64,000 bases of DNA, from the IMG/VR virus record IMGVR_UViG_3300035666_000005, positions 1 to 64,000 of that record. The stretch is one strand, 5' to 3'. This document shows positions 18,534 to 28,894 of the stretch, piece after piece; position 1 is the first letter of the stretch, and every line of letters begins with the position of its first letter. Below the pieces are notes generated by a model. It saw only the letters and a list, made by a program, of their open reading frames with translations, did no database searches and had not been told where the DNA came from. Source of the stretch: a virus. The position numbers were made by a program, and so were the translations under genes.

Positions 18534-19275
18534 TTTCTTTCAATGCCTCCATACAAAATTCTTGACTTCCAAAATGACGCAACTCTGGTTTTTGAAATGT
18601 CGTTCGATTTAAAATACAACGATAAGTCATGTAGGATTTAAAATCTTTTCTCTCACGATAATAAATTGTTTTAGACGAAACGACCTCATGATCTTTAATT
18701 GTTTCTTTAATATGACTACTTAAAAGATCGTCAAATGGCAAACCATTATTCTCAATAAAATAAACAGGATCCGTGAAATCTAATTCTGGAACGCATTGAC
18801 GACCATATAAAAGATTATAATAGATATATGAATCATAAAACGGCACCGCAAGCAAAAGATTTTTACTCCAATTTTCTTTCAAAGTTTTGAAATCAAGACG
18901 AGGTTTCCCGTTATAAATTCCTTTTGTAGTGGAAATATTATGCAATTTAATTAAATCTGTAAACGAATTTTTAAGAGCAAAAATAATAAATTTGCTTTCT
19001 GTAAGTTCAGACTCTGGAGTTTTATTTTCGATATCTTGGCAAACATTTACTCGATACCCAAAACGCAGATTTAAACCTGCTTTTTTTGAATTTTCATAAG
19101 CTTCTACCATTCCAGTTAGAGTATTATCAACAATAAAAACATCTTCAATACCATAGTCTTTACAAATATCAAATACAGAGTCGGGCTGGTTTAAAGCACG
19201 ATTCTCTATAGGAGAATATGGCTCTAGAGTAAGAACCGAACTCAACGAGTAGTTTGATCTAAAGATTGGTAGCAT
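18523..19275 (-). CDS. Stand-alone PHP domain of Pol III alpha (degenerate metal site)
   Basis: RSNYS, IVDNTLTG, LRFGY, IFALKN, KPRLD pattern matching the DnaE N-terminus. Confidence 0.8.
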   Translation of the reverse strand: MLPIFRSNYSLSSVLTLEPYSPIENRALNQPDSVFDICKDYGIEDVFIVDNTLTGMVEAYENSKKAGLNLRFGYRVNVCQDIENKTPESELTESKFIIFALKNSFTDLIKLHNISTTKGIYNGKPRLDFKTLKENWSKNLLLAVPFYDSYIYYNLLYGRQCVPELDFTDPVYFIENNGLPFDDLLSSHIKETIKDHEVVSSKTIYYRERKDFKSYMTYRCILNRTTFQKPELRHFGSQEFCMEALKENAE

Positions 19276-19301
19276 TGAACCTAATATTAACAATACTTTT
19301 T

Positions 19302-20297
19302 TTAAAAGTCAAAGTCATTATTTGATTGAGTTTGTTTCCAAGCTGGACACCCTTCATATTTTCTTATTTCAATCCGATATTCGGGTTTTAAATCTTTTTC
19401 TTTGAACTCTTCATTTGCAAAAATTGATTTAATAGTTTTACCGTCTTTATCTATAAGAACTTTATAATCAATAGGATCTAAATATGGACAGCGCCATCCA
19501 GATTTTGTTTTACACATCCATTTGCGACTAAATTCGCTAGAGGCAAAATTGGAACAAGCCTTTTTTTCATCGAAGTTTTTTAGATATTCGCTAATATATT
19601 CAAGGTAATGCTCGAAACCAATTAATTCTTCTTCATTAAAATGTGGACATTCTCTTTCTGGATCGTCTGGATATCTTAAAAATAAGAATCTAACTAAAAT
19701 ATCTTTTTGTTTTTTATACTTTTTACGGAGGGCTAATGAATACATCATCCCTTGTAAATTACTTTCTAACTCATCACCTCTAAAAGCTTTTTTACTAGAT
19801 TTAAAATCTCTAATAATCATTTGCTTTTTATCTTTAAAAATTCGATCAACAAATCCACCAATTCTATACTTAGGCTCATCACTAGTAATATCAAACTCCC
19901 ATTCCGAACCAATAAGTTTATAATCTCCAATAAAATCAAATTTTAAACCAACTAAAATCATCTCATCTATACATTTAAGATTAGTTATTTCCTGTCCGCT
20001 CTTTTTAAGAGGTGCGACCATTTCATCTAAATCCAATCCTTCGCGCTTGGCAGCCTTTATAATTAATTTAAAAACTGCAGGAGACTTTAGACACGTTTTG
20101 TTTTTTACAATTTTTTTAACGTAATGCTCGTGCCGAGGATTAGCTAAGACTTCAAAAATTAAATGGGCTACAGTACCTCGCATCGCCCCTGAATTATTCT
20201 TTTGTGGCAATTTAAGATTATAATTGCAATAATACATCCAAGAACATGATTGTAATGTCTTGATTCTACTGGCTGAAAGTTTTATTAGTTCATTCAT
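19302..20297 (-). CDS. PD-(D/E)XK nuclease, RecB/AddB/Cas4-like
   Basis: LSASRI...C, GTVAH, GFVDRI, IRDFKS, QGMMY, C-terminal Cys cluster. Confidence 0.85.
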   Translation of the reverse strand: MNELIKLSASRIKTLQSCSWMYYCNYNLKLPQKNNSGAMRGTVAHLIFEVLANPRHEHYVKKIVKNKTCLKSPAVFKLIIKAAKREGLDLDEMVAPLKKSGQEITNLKCIDEMILVGLKFDFIGDYKLIGSEWEFDITSDEPKYRIGGFVDRIFKDKKQMIIRDFKSSKKAFRGDELESNLQGMMYSLALRKKYKKQKDILVRFLFLRYPDDPERECPHFNEEELIGFEHYLEYISEYLKNFDEKKACSNFASSEFSRKWMCKTKSGWRCPYLDPIDYKVLIDKDGKTIKSIFANEEFKEKDLKPEYRIEIRKYEGCPAWKQTQSNNDFDF

Positions 20298-20716
20298 AAT
20301 GGATATGTCGGATCGACTTGATGACAAGAAATTCCGTAAAATTTAAAAATATCTATTGATTTAGTATCTCTGTTGTAGAGTTCTTTAAAAATAACATGTT
20401 TAATTCCATAGGCAGCAATATTAGTTGCGCAAGAAGAACAAGGTAAAAGAGTACAAGCTAAAAGTTTGCCTTCCCCCATTTTAATTCTAGCTAAGGCATT
20501 ACTTTCCGCATGAATCATATAAGGTCTTCTAGCATCACGATCCGCCCAAAACTCTGGAGTAACGTTTACGCCAACAGCAAGACCATTATATGCGACAGCA
20601 AGGACTTCGTTATGATGCCCCAAAACACACGCTCCAACTTGTTGATGCGGATCTTCTGATCTACGCATAGCAATAGCGGCTAGATTCATCGCATGTTCTT
20701 CCCAAGTGCTTCTCAT
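20294..20716 (-). CDS. dCMP deaminase
   Basis: RSEDP..QVGAC, AYNG, HAESNA, PCSSC. Confidence 0.92.
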   Translation of the reverse strand: MRSTWEEHAMNLAAIAMRRSEDPHQQVGACVLGHHNEVLAVAYNGLAVGVNVTPEFWADRDARRPYMIHAESNALARIKMGEGKLLACTLLPCSSCATNIAAYGIKHVIFKELYNRDTKSIDIFKFYGISCHQVDPTYPL

Positions 20717-21606
20717 AGATTTGAATACCATTGTTGATTTTCTTCTATTGTCTGGTCCCCAAAGTCATTCTTATAAGGGTGAATAATATTAATTTGGGCG
20801 GGGTCAAAAAACTCTACAAGCGTTGAGCGTATCTTTGTAGCTGCTTTTTGCCCCGCCCTGTTTTCATCATTGTTGGTCGCAATGATGATACTATCGGGAT
20901 CAAGACGAACCATCGCTTTTAACAGGCCTCCACCAGCCTCAGTCCCGAAAGTAATCCCAGTATTTTTAATACCGCTCTCCCAAAGAGAAAGCATATCTCC
21001 AATACTTTCGACAAGAATTAACTGTTTTTTTTCTTTAATAAATTGATGGTTAAATATGAATGGGTAGGCCCATTCATTCTTACGTCCAATATGTTTCCAT
21101 TTAATTTTTGATTTACCAGTTACGTCTCTACCAGAAAATCCTTGAATTTTTTTACGAGCATTAAAAATTGGGAATACATATCTTTGATACATTTTACCCT
21201 CTGTACAAACACCGCCTTCGAAAACTTTTAAAGTTTCATCACTAATACCTCTTCTGTTCCAATATGACCCATCAGGTTTTAAATCAACAACGTCTTCACT
21301 AGAAAAATATTTCACACTTTTATGAAATGGGTCTTCAACATCATTATTAAAACCCGTGTAATATTTTGCTTTATCTTCTAAGATTTGCTCAACTTGTTTG
21401 ATATCTTTTAGTTTTAAAGTTAACTTCAAGAATTCTTCTAAAGAAAAACTATGACCTGTAACAAAATCTTTAACCAAATTTGTTTGTAGATAAATAGCTA
21501 CAGATCCAGGGTCATCACCACCACGATAGCGAGCAGTACAAGTAAGATAACTACCATAATTCCTAGGATTACACCCAGCATCTTTTAAGAGTTCTAAAAG
21601 TCTCAT
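20713..21606 (-). CDS. dnaG: DNA primase (TOPRIM)
   Basis: RYVFPI, GFSGR, KWKH, LVESIGD, TNNDEN..G, KNDFGD; adjacent to helicase. Confidence 0.85.
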   Translation of the reverse strand: MRLLELLKDAGCNPRNYGSYLTCTARYRGGDDPGSVAIYLQTNLVKDFVTGHSFSLEEFLKLTLKLKDIKQVEQILEDKAKYYTGFNNDVEDPFHKSVKYFSSEDVVDLKPDGSYWNRRGISDETLKVFEGGVCTEGKMYQRYVFPIFNARKKIQGFSGRDVTGKSKIKWKHIGRKNEWAYPFIFNHQFIKEKKQLILVESIGDMLSLWESGIKNTGITFGTEAGGGLLKAMVRLDPDSIIIATNNDENRAGQKAATKIRSTLVEFFDPAQINIIHPYKNDFGDQTIEENQQWYSNL

Positions 21607-23075
21607 ATTACTTCTTCTTGTGGTTGATTATTTTCGCGGTCAAAGATATTCACGTTAACACCATTTTGATGGTTTACAATATCTTGTAAAGTACCTTTTT
21701 CTTCTACATTAAAATTATCAACATTAAATGAAATAAAATTTTTACGATATACTGGGCGATTGTTCTCAATTACTCTGACAAGATCATTGTGACCATGAGC
21801 ATGCTGACCTTGATAACGGGATGCAAGTTCAATCATTTTGTGTGTTCCAAATTGGGCTCCATCTTCTGCCTGTTCTTCAAGAGTTTTGCGTCTAAAAATT
21901 CCAACGTATGCAGCGAACCATTGAAGACGATCTGATTGTGCAATAGCACTAGAATCATCTGCCCCATTTTCGGCGCTGCGATTCAATTGACAAGCCGTAA
22001 GAATTGGAATGTTCATGCGAACGGAAAGTTCTTTAAGACGATCTACTTTATCACCGATAAGTTGGTACTCCTGTTTACCTTTTTCTATTTCTCCTGTTAG
22101 TTTAATATAGTCATAAACAACAATTGCGGGGTTACCGCGACCGACTTGCCCAAGATACCAACGCTGAATAATTGATTCAATTTCTGCAATGGGTTTTCCC
22201 GCTACTTGCAAATGTTTTACTTTGCCCTGTGCTTTTGCCAGTTCTGTTTTTTTACTATTCCATTTTGCAAGAAGTTCTTTATTGTTTTTAAATTGTCCTG
22301 TTTCAAGCCACCACATTGGAATACCAGTAATACTACTAGCAATACGAAAACGGATTACGTTCGTTTGCATTTCTGTATCCAAAATAAGGGCTTGCATGTT
22401 AGGATTGACCAGCGTTGCTTTTGAACAAATATCACTAAGAATGGTTGATTTGCCATGTTTTGGGCGACTCACCCATGCGTAAAGCTCTCCTGGCCTCAAA
22501 CCTCCATACATTTTATTAAAAAGTTTATACGGAGTAAGATAACCTGTCTCTGTAATAGGATTATTAGCTCTTTCCTCAACCATCTTTTCAATATCTTGAA
22601 AAAGATCTTCTGGATTAGATTCTAAGTCATAAGCAGTAATCTTATCGTTATACATTTTATCTGCAAATGAAATAATTTCATCTGGAGATTTGTCGCCAGA
22701 ATTTTCCATAGATTCTGCGATAAGAGAAGCTGTTTCCGCAATTTCGCGGCGGATAGTAATTGTTTTTAAATTTTTACAAGCATCAATCAAAGACTTTTGA
22801 CTAATCTTAAGAAACGCAATGCTCTCAAGATAATCAAAAATATTAAAATCTTGTTTAAAGTTAATACCAAGATTCTTAATTTTTTCTCCAAGTATTACCG
22901 GATCAAGCGGTTGGCCCTTCATGATCTGACCCTTTATAACACTAAAGATCGTTTTATGCCCATTAGAGAAATCATTCTCATTAATAAAATGAGATACTTC
23001 AAAATATACTTGAGGGTATTTAAGAAAACCAGCTAGGACGTGTTTTTCTATTTGTACACTACGAATAGAATTCAT
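21603..23075 (-). CDS. dnaB: Replicative DNA helicase
   Basis: GGLRPGEL, SRPKHGKS, DTEM, VYDYIKL, ACQLNR. Confidence 0.93.
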   Translation of the reverse strand: MNSIRSVQIEKHVLAGFLKYPQVYFEVSHFINENDFSNGHKTIFSVIKGQIMKGQPLDPVILGEKIKNLGINFKQDFNIFDYLESIAFLKISQKSLIDACKNLKTITIRREIAETASLIAESMENSGDKSPDEIISFADKMYNDKITAYDLESNPEDLFQDIEKMVEERANNPITETGYLTPYKLFNKMYGGLRPGELYAWVSRPKHGKSTILSDICSKATLVNPNMQALILDTEMQTNVIRFRIASSITGIPMWWLETGQFKNNKELLAKWNSKKTELAKAQGKVKHLQVAGKPIAEIESIIQRWYLGQVGRGNPAIVVYDYIKLTGEIEKGKQEYQLIGDKVDRLKELSVRMNIPILTACQLNRSAENGADDSSAIAQSDRLQWFAAYVGIFRRKTLEEQAEDGAQFGTHKMIELASRYQGQHAHGHNDLVRVIENNRPVYRKNFISFNVDNFNVEEKGTLQDIVNHQNGVNVNIFDRENNQPQEEVI

Positions 23076-23076
23076 A

Positions 23077-23673
23077 TTAAATTTTATCTCTAATTACCGC
23101 ATTGAAAGCTTTTTCAGCAAACTCTCTCATATTTTCTTGTTTATTTTCGTCAGTAAAGGTTGGCCAAAGGATCTTGTAATCAGCACTGTTTTGAATAATT
23201 GAATCATTAATTGATTCATCCATATTTGCAGGAGGCACTATTTCACCATTAATTGCAATTCTTTGCAAATGAATAAGTATATTGTTTGTTTTTGATTTTA
23301 ACCAACTAACTTCATCTTGTTCGTACTGTTGGTAACGAACATCTGGAATAATACAAATATCTGGTTGATATTTCTGAACCCTTTCATCTAAAAGATTTGT
23401 CCAATATTTTCCTTCTGTTTGTTGGCGTTTGACTTTTCCATACCAAACCAAAAATTCACGAAAGGTTGCCTTCTCCTCGTTATTATCTGTAAATACGTTT
23501 AGACCAAGATATTGTTGAATAAAGTCTTTACAGTCTTCTTTTAAAGGTTGTGCTAAAGAAGTTCTATAAATTGTTTTGCCTTTATAGGACCTGATTAAAT
23601 TTTCGATCTCCAATGCAAGACTGTCTTTGCCAGATCTAGCAACGCCAGCTATCCCAATATACAATACGCTCAT
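23077..23673 (-). CDS. Deoxynucleoside monophosphate kinase
   Basis: GIAGVARSGKD, SLAQPLK, IIPDVRY..E. Confidence 0.85.
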   Translation of the reverse strand: MSVLYIGIAGVARSGKDSLALEIENLIRSYKGKTIYRTSLAQPLKEDCKDFIQQYLGLNVFTDNNEEKATFREFLVWYGKVKRQQTEGKYWTNLLDERVQKYQPDICIIPDVRYQQYEQDEVSWLKSKTNNILIHLQRIAINGEIVPPANMDESINDSIIQNSADYKILWPTFTDENKQENMREFAEKAFNAVIRDKI

Positions 23674-23679
23674 ACATAT

Positions 23680-23708
23680 ATGATACCTAAACTTAATTTG
23701 ATATTCAA
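23680..23708 (-). promoter_or_regulatory. sigma70-like promoter of the replication operon
   Basis: TTGAAT-N17-TATCAT, ATG 7 nt downstream. Confidence 0.65.
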
Positions 23709-23709
23709 G

Positions 23710-24123
23710 CTAAATTTCTATATCAAATTTTTCTTTTATCCACTCTGGAGATAATAAATGAATTTCATTTTCAAAAATTTCAATTACTTTAAAATCATTC
23801 ATTTCTAGCCAAGAATATTTCTGAAGATCTCTCTTAACGCTATTTTTAAATCCAGTTTTAGTTCTATGAAAATGAGCCACAAATTTATCATGTTGAAGGC
23901 CATGGGTTTCTACTGCAATTTTTTTTGTAAAATTAATAAGATCGCATTTCATTCTTGTTCCAAATACTGGAAACTCCTCTACAACTACATGAGTACCCCA
24001 AAATGGCTCAAAAAATTTTTTAACATTAAATTGTACTTTACTTTTACATGGTTTGTCCCAATCTGCTAAAAAACGATTGATATTTTTATTGACTTCTTTG
24101 CCAAAAATGTTTTTGAATTTCAT
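23710..24123 (-). CDS. Vsr/DUF559-like endonuclease
   Basis: EEFP...CDL..IAVETHGLQH...RD..K. Confidence 0.7.
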   Translation of the reverse strand: MKFKNIFGKEVNKNINRFLADWDKPCKSKVQFNVKKFFEPFWGTHVVVEEFPVFGTRMKCDLINFTKKIAVETHGLQHDKFVAHFHRTKTGFKNSVKRDLQKYSWLEMNDFKVIEIFENEIHLLSPEWIKEKFDIEI

Positions 24124-24137
24124 CTAAATTTTATATG

Positions 24138-24563
24138 TTAAATGTATAATAATGGGTAATCTGTACATATACCAAAAATATTTTTGGCAATTTTCTGTTT
24201 TTTAATTAGCACGATAATAGAATTATTTACTGTTTTTTTATTTGGGTATGTCCAAATATAATTTTTAGAAGTTAATGTAAAATCGTCATTTTGATGCCAA
24301 AAACAGTGTATTTTTTTATTTTTTAACAGCAAATCTAAGGCATTTAAATTTTTTGCATGGCACCATAGTTTATGATTCTGAAGAAAAGATTCTTCTACTT
24401 GGTAAAGTGGTTTATCATGTCCTAGGTACCATTTATTATTTTTAAACCAAACATCTATTTCAACATCAAAACCATTACTTAGAGCAATATTAATTGCGGG
24501 TATAGAGTTTTCTGTAAAAGGGTTTGGACCGTTTAAATTGCCTCTATGTGAAATTATAATCAT
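24138..24563 (-). CDS. Short GDPD/PI-PLC-like phosphodiesterase of glycan loci
   Basis: IISHRGN, ENS, DVEIDVW, LGHD, WCHAKN, GICTD. Confidence 0.8.
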   Translation of the reverse strand: MIIISHRGNLNGPNPFTENSIPAINIALSNGFDVEIDVWFKNNKWYLGHDKPLYQVEESFLQNHKLWCHAKNLNALDLLLKNKKIHCFWHQNDDFTLTSKNYIWTYPNKKTVNNSIIVLIKKQKIAKNIFGICTDYPLLYI

Positions 24564-25168
24564 TATCTTCTTTTAAAAGAAATATTAACTTCATTATTGT
24601 GGATATCATTGCTAGTTATGTTTAAAATTTCAAAATTATTGGATAATAAAAAATCTATACATTCTTGTTTTGTATTCTGTTGATCGTATAAAATATCATT
24701 TTCATTTGCGGCTTCTAAAATACCCGCTTCAACAAGTGTTATATATTTACCCAAGCCTTTTAAAACATTTAAGTCTGATCCTTGTGTGTCTATATGAAGA
24801 TATGTAATATATGGTATGTTATATTCTTCTATAAAAGAATCCAATCTTATGACGTCTACTTCTATTTTTTCCGTAACCGTAAAATCAGGCCTATTTATCC
24901 AATATGTTTTTGATTTTTCTGAAAAATTTAAAAGAGAACTACACCCCCAATCAGCATTCCCGGCAATATTAAAAGTAGCTTTACCATTAAAATTTGATAC
25001 TGCTTTTTTAATTAAAAAATAATTAGTTTTATCAACGATCTGATTTTCAATATGTGCAATTAAAAATGGGGTTGGTTCGAAAGCATAAACAATATTTATG
25101 GGATCATTAGCTAAAAATAAAGAAGATTCACCATTATTAGCCCCAATATCAAAATAAATTTTTTTCAT
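24563..25168 (-). CDS. FkbM-family SAM methyltransferase
   Basis: FDIGANNG, AFEP, RLDSF, LHIDTQGSDL. Confidence 0.88.
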   Translation of the reverse strand: MKKIYFDIGANNGESSLFLANDPINIVYAFEPTPFLIAHIENQIVDKTNYFLIKKAVSNFNGKATFNIAGNADWGCSSLLNFSEKSKTYWINRPDFTVTEKIEVDVIRLDSFIEEYNIPYITYLHIDTQGSDLNVLKGLGKYITLVEAGILEAANENDILYDQQNTKQECIDFLLSNNFEILNITSNDIHNNEVNISFKRR

Positions 25169-26523
25169 AAATAATTTTTAGTAAAATAAGATAAGTCCTC
25201 TGGAGTTCCTAGTCCCCACATCTTTTTAATATTAAAAGATTTTATTATTTTCTTATCGTTAATAGCCTCATTAAACACTGGGCAAACATAAAATTCATTA
25301 TTAACTCTAATATTTTTTTGAATCATTTGTTCGGCATATTTTACGAAATCAGAACCTTTTTTCCAAAAATAGTAACCAACTGTTGCTATATTTGATATTG
25401 GATTTTTTTCAGCAACCTCTGTGACAATACCATCATTATTTAATTTAACAAAAGACCATTTAGGATGCGTTGATTCAAATGTAACGATACCTCCGTCTGC
25501 ATTTGTTTCTTGCATTTTATACATAAACTCGTTAGAGTCCCATTCTGCAAACTGATCTGAATTGGCAAAAAACAATGGGTTATTATTATTTATATAATTT
25601 TTAGCTAATAAAGCCGTGCATGCCGCCCCTTCTGTTAAATCAGTAGTTTCAACTATTCGACAATTAGGCGTTAATAAATTAAGTAACGTGTCTAAATTAT
25701 ATTTTTTACGATGATTTTTTTGAACTACGTATATATAATTCGCATCTAAATTAAGATTTTCAATAACTACTTGAATCATCGGCTTGCCATTTACTTCAAT
25801 TAACGGTTTGGGAAACGTGTACCCAGCCTGTTCAAATCGACTTCCGGCCCCAGCCATAGGAATAAGAACATTTAATTTTTCATTTTTCCATTTTGGTATC
25901 ATATTTGTTTGTTTATTTAAATGTTTGTAAATATTATTATATGTAATATTTTTTGATGATTCAACTCTCATAATATGAGCTTTTGATCTATTAGCTGCTA
26001 ATAATCCATAAGGAGAATCTTCAATGATTAGAGTCTCTTCTGGTAAACATTTCATTATTGAAATTGCTTTCCAATATATTTCGGGATGAGGTTTTGAATT
26101 TTCAACATCTTCGTTTGATAATATTAGATCAAAATATTCAATAATTCCAAGTTTAGATAATATTACAAAAACTGTTTTACGTATACTATTACTACAACAC
26201 GCAATTTTATAACCTTCTTTTAACAAAGATTCTAGACAATTTTTAAGTTGTAAAGAAGGCTTAATATTATTAAGTTTTAATAAAGTTATTCTTTGTTTTT
26301 CTTTCCAAATTTTTTCATAATTATCGACTGGTAATCCTTTATCTATAGTAAGCATTTCGAGCTTTTGTTTAGTTTTTAAGCCATCATATCTATTTAAATG
26401 TTCATCCCATTCTATTTTATATTCTGAACCAAGCGCCTCATTAAGAGCGTTGAAATGAATATTTTTTGCTTCAATTAGCACCCCATCTAAATCAAATATT
26501 ATTAATTTTATAGATTGTTTCAT
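25165..26523 (-). CDS. HAD phosphatase - sugar nucleotidyltransferase fusion
   Basis: N-terminal FDLDGVL, KPHPE, IEDS; C-terminal IPMAGAGSRF...PKPLI, EFYVCP, GLGTPED. Confidence 0.9.
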   Translation of the reverse strand: MKQSIKLIIFDLDGVLIEAKNIHFNALNEALGSEYKIEWDEHLNRYDGLKTKQKLEMLTIDKGLPVDNYEKIWKEKQRITLLKLNNIKPSLQLKNCLESLLKEGYKIACCSNSIRKTVFVILSKLGIIEYFDLILSNEDVENSKPHPEIYWKAISIMKCLPEETLIIEDSPYGLLAANRSKAHIMRVESSKNITYNNIYKHLNKQTNMIPKWKNEKLNVLIPMAGAGSRFEQAGYTFPKPLIEVNGKPMIQVVIENLNLDANYIYVVQKNHRKKYNLDTLLNLLTPNCRIVETTDLTEGAACTALLAKNYINNNNPLFFANSDQFAEWDSNEFMYKMQETNADGGIVTFESTHPKWSFVKLNNDGIVTEVAEKNPISNIATVGYYFWKKGSDFVKYAEQMIQKNIRVNNEFYVCPVFNEAINDKKIIKSFNIKKMWGLGTPEDLSYFTKNYL

Positions 26524-26547
26524 TATTTTATATTTATTAAAAGTTTT

Positions 26548-27186
26548 TTATAAAAAAGTTCTGTCTGGTAATAATTTATAGGAAGAACAATCAAATTCTT
26601 CAATCGTGCAATGATTATATTTAATTAATTTTTCTAAAACGACTTCGGGATTCCAACTATTTTCAAATATATTATACACAGAATATATATCTTTCATTTT
26701 TATTGAATTCTTTAAATAATTAGAATTACCAGCTATAAAATGATCATTTATACCGAACCCTTTGCTGGCATGATATATCTTAGGAACAAAACACGCATTT
26801 TTAGTAAAATCAAAAATATATTTTGTTTCAAATATTAAATCTGTTCGACATTTTATAATAAAGTCATATTCATCATTTAGATTTTCAATAAAATTATAAA
26901 TTTTTAAATTATGAAAAAATTGAGAATAATGCCCTATTCGTCCATAATTTAAGTTTGGATTATTTTTTAACTGTTGTGTATATGGAAAATTTATTTGATT
27001 TAAATATTCTTCGGTAGGATCATTATTTTGGATTACAAAGTTAAATAATCTTTTGTCAAAAACTTCACTATCCCATGTAGAAATTAAAAATTTTAAATTA
27101 TGTTCTGGAAATAATTTATAATAATTATTTTTTACAATTTCAATATTGTCTCTAATTTTGCCCCAAAAACAAATTAAACCTTTCAT
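26548..27186 (-). CDS. Glycan-locus protein (WavE/GT-like)
   Basis: ISTW, YDFIIKCRTDL, NDHF motifs. Confidence 0.55.
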   Translation of the reverse strand: MKGLICFWGKIRDNIEIVKNNYYKLFPEHNLKFLISTWDSEVFDKRLFNFVIQNNDPTEEYLNQINFPYTQQLKNNPNLNYGRIGHYSQFFHNLKIYNFIENLNDEYDFIIKCRTDLIFETKYIFDFTKNACFVPKIYHASKGFGINDHFIAGNSNYLKNSIKMKDIYSVYNIFENSWNPEVVLEKLIKYNHCTIEEFDCSSYKLLPDRTFL

Positions 27187-27224
27187 TTTTTAAAAAAAAT
27201 TGATTTTTGTTATTATTAACTTAT

Positions 27225-27923
27225 TTAGTTCCATATACAAACCCTATTTTTAAATCCATATTCTGTTGTATAATAATCTCTTTTAAACCCTTCAGACTTT
27301 AACCATGGATTTAATGTAGATCCAATATCTAAATAAATATTATTTGAATTAAATTTGAATAATTGATGCGCTAGGATATTTCCAAACGGACCAGCACAAA
27401 ATAAAAATAAACTATTTTTTATATTTTCTTTTTGAATTTCTTGTATTAAATTATAATTTTTAATAAAAGCTGTCTCTTCTACTGGGTAAAACTTTTCTAA
27501 TTTAAAAGGTAAATTTTGAATTTGAGAATTTTTATTTGCAATAAGGTAAACCTTATGATTTTGATATTCTGAAATAAAATTTTCTTTATAAAATTTATAA
27601 TTAGAATTTACAAATATATTTGCAAAAGTTAAATGCTCATTATCTTGACCACTCATTTCTTTCATGTTAAAATGTTCTTGCCCCCCACAACATTCGCAAC
27701 TTATACCAACATAATAATTTAGATCCTTAAATTGAAATGATTCAATCAGCTTTTGTCGATAGAATTCGGTTTCATTATTGTTTAAATAATTAAATTCTCC
27801 ATTATTTATATTATAACCATTTATAATTGCCCATTCTCCATCAGCATATTTACTAAAACTAAATGGATGTTTTCTTTGAAGTTTCTCAAAAATTTTTTTT
27901 ATTTCTTCATTAAATATTTTCAT
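27225..27923 (-). CDS. GT-D fold (DUF1792-like) glycosyltransferase
   Basis: FSKYADGE, FCAGP, LDIGS motifs. Confidence 0.65.
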   Translation of the reverse strand: MKIFNEEIKKIFEKLQRKHPFSFSKYADGEWAIINGYNINNGEFNYLNNNETEFYRQKLIESFQFKDLNYYVGISCECCGGQEHFNMKEMSGQDNEHLTFANIFVNSNYKFYKENFISEYQNHKVYLIANKNSQIQNLPFKLEKFYPVEETAFIKNYNLIQEIQKENIKNSLFLFCAGPFGNILAHQLFKFNSNNIYLDIGSTLNPWLKSEGFKRDYYTTEYGFKNRVCIWN

Positions 27924-28893
27924 TAATTATTTTTATTATTCTATCACTAGAAAATCCATCTCCATATGGGCAGTCTTCATTAATAATATAATCAATAACT
28001 AAATTATCAAAAATATTTTCTAAACTTGACGGAGATAAACACAAATGTAAATGATTTGTATTAATAGCCTCTGGTCTTTCTGTTGTTTTTCTGCACACAA
28101 TGACTTTTTTATTAAAAAAAGAACCTTCTTCTTGTAGCCCACCGCTATCAGTAATTACTAATTTACATTCAACTAATAAATTTAACAAATCTTTATATTT
28201 TAATGGCTCGACAACTTTAACATTTTGTAATAAGTTTTTATGTCGAATTACATTTGGATTAGGATGTATTGGAAGTATAAATTCTAAATTTGGATATTTT
28301 TTTGCAAGCTTATCTATTTCTACAAACCATTTTTCCATCAAATGATGATTTTCTCTTCTATGTAGTGTTACTAAAACTTTATTGGCATATGTACATTTTT
28401 CTTTATATTCTAATAAATTATCTAATATCGTATTTCCTACAACAAAACATTCTCCATTTGTTTTTTCATTAGTTAGGTTATTTTTAGATAAATTTGTCGG
28501 GCAAAAATTAACATGAGATAATCTTGATATCATTTGTCGATAACCTTCTTCTGGATATGGATGTTCTAAATTATAACTTCTCAATCCGGCTTCTAAATAA
28601 TAAATCTTTTTGCATTGATGAAATGCGGCCAAAGCACATCCAAAGGCAGAAGCGGTATCTCCTTGTACTAGTACAGAGTCAAAGTCGCCATTAGGAAATT
28701 GTAATAAACAATCAGCAATAATTTGATCTAGTCTAGAATTATTATTATTAATATTAATTTTATAATCTACTTGAATATCTTTTAATAAATCCATATGCTG
28801 CCCAGTAAATAAAAGTTTATAGCTTTTAAGTTTACTTAGCAAAGGTTTAATTTTAAGCCATTCTGGGCGCGTACCAAAACATAATAAAATCAT
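27910..28893 (-). CDS. wecB: UDP-GlcNAc 2-epimerase (non-hydrolysing)
   Basis: FGTRPE, TGQH, VQGDT, EAGLRS, PYPEE, TLHRREN, TDSGGLQEE, TERPE, PYGDG. Confidence 0.95.
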   Translation of the reverse strand: MILLCFGTRPEWLKIKPLLSKLKSYKLLFTGQHMDLLKDIQVDYKININNNNSRLDQIIADCLLQFPNGDFDSVLVQGDTASAFGCALAAFHQCKKIYYLEAGLRSYNLEHPYPEEGYRQMISRLSHVNFCPTNLSKNNLTNEKTNGECFVVGNTILDNLLEYKEKCTYANKVLVTLHRRENHHLMEKWFVEIDKLAKKYPNLEFILPIHPNPNVIRHKNLLQNVKVVEPLKYKDLLNLLVECKLVITDSGGLQEEGSFFNKKVIVCRKTTERPEAINTNHLHLCLSPSSLENIFDNLVIDYIINEDCPYGDGFSSDRIIKIINENI

Positions 28894-28894
28894 A

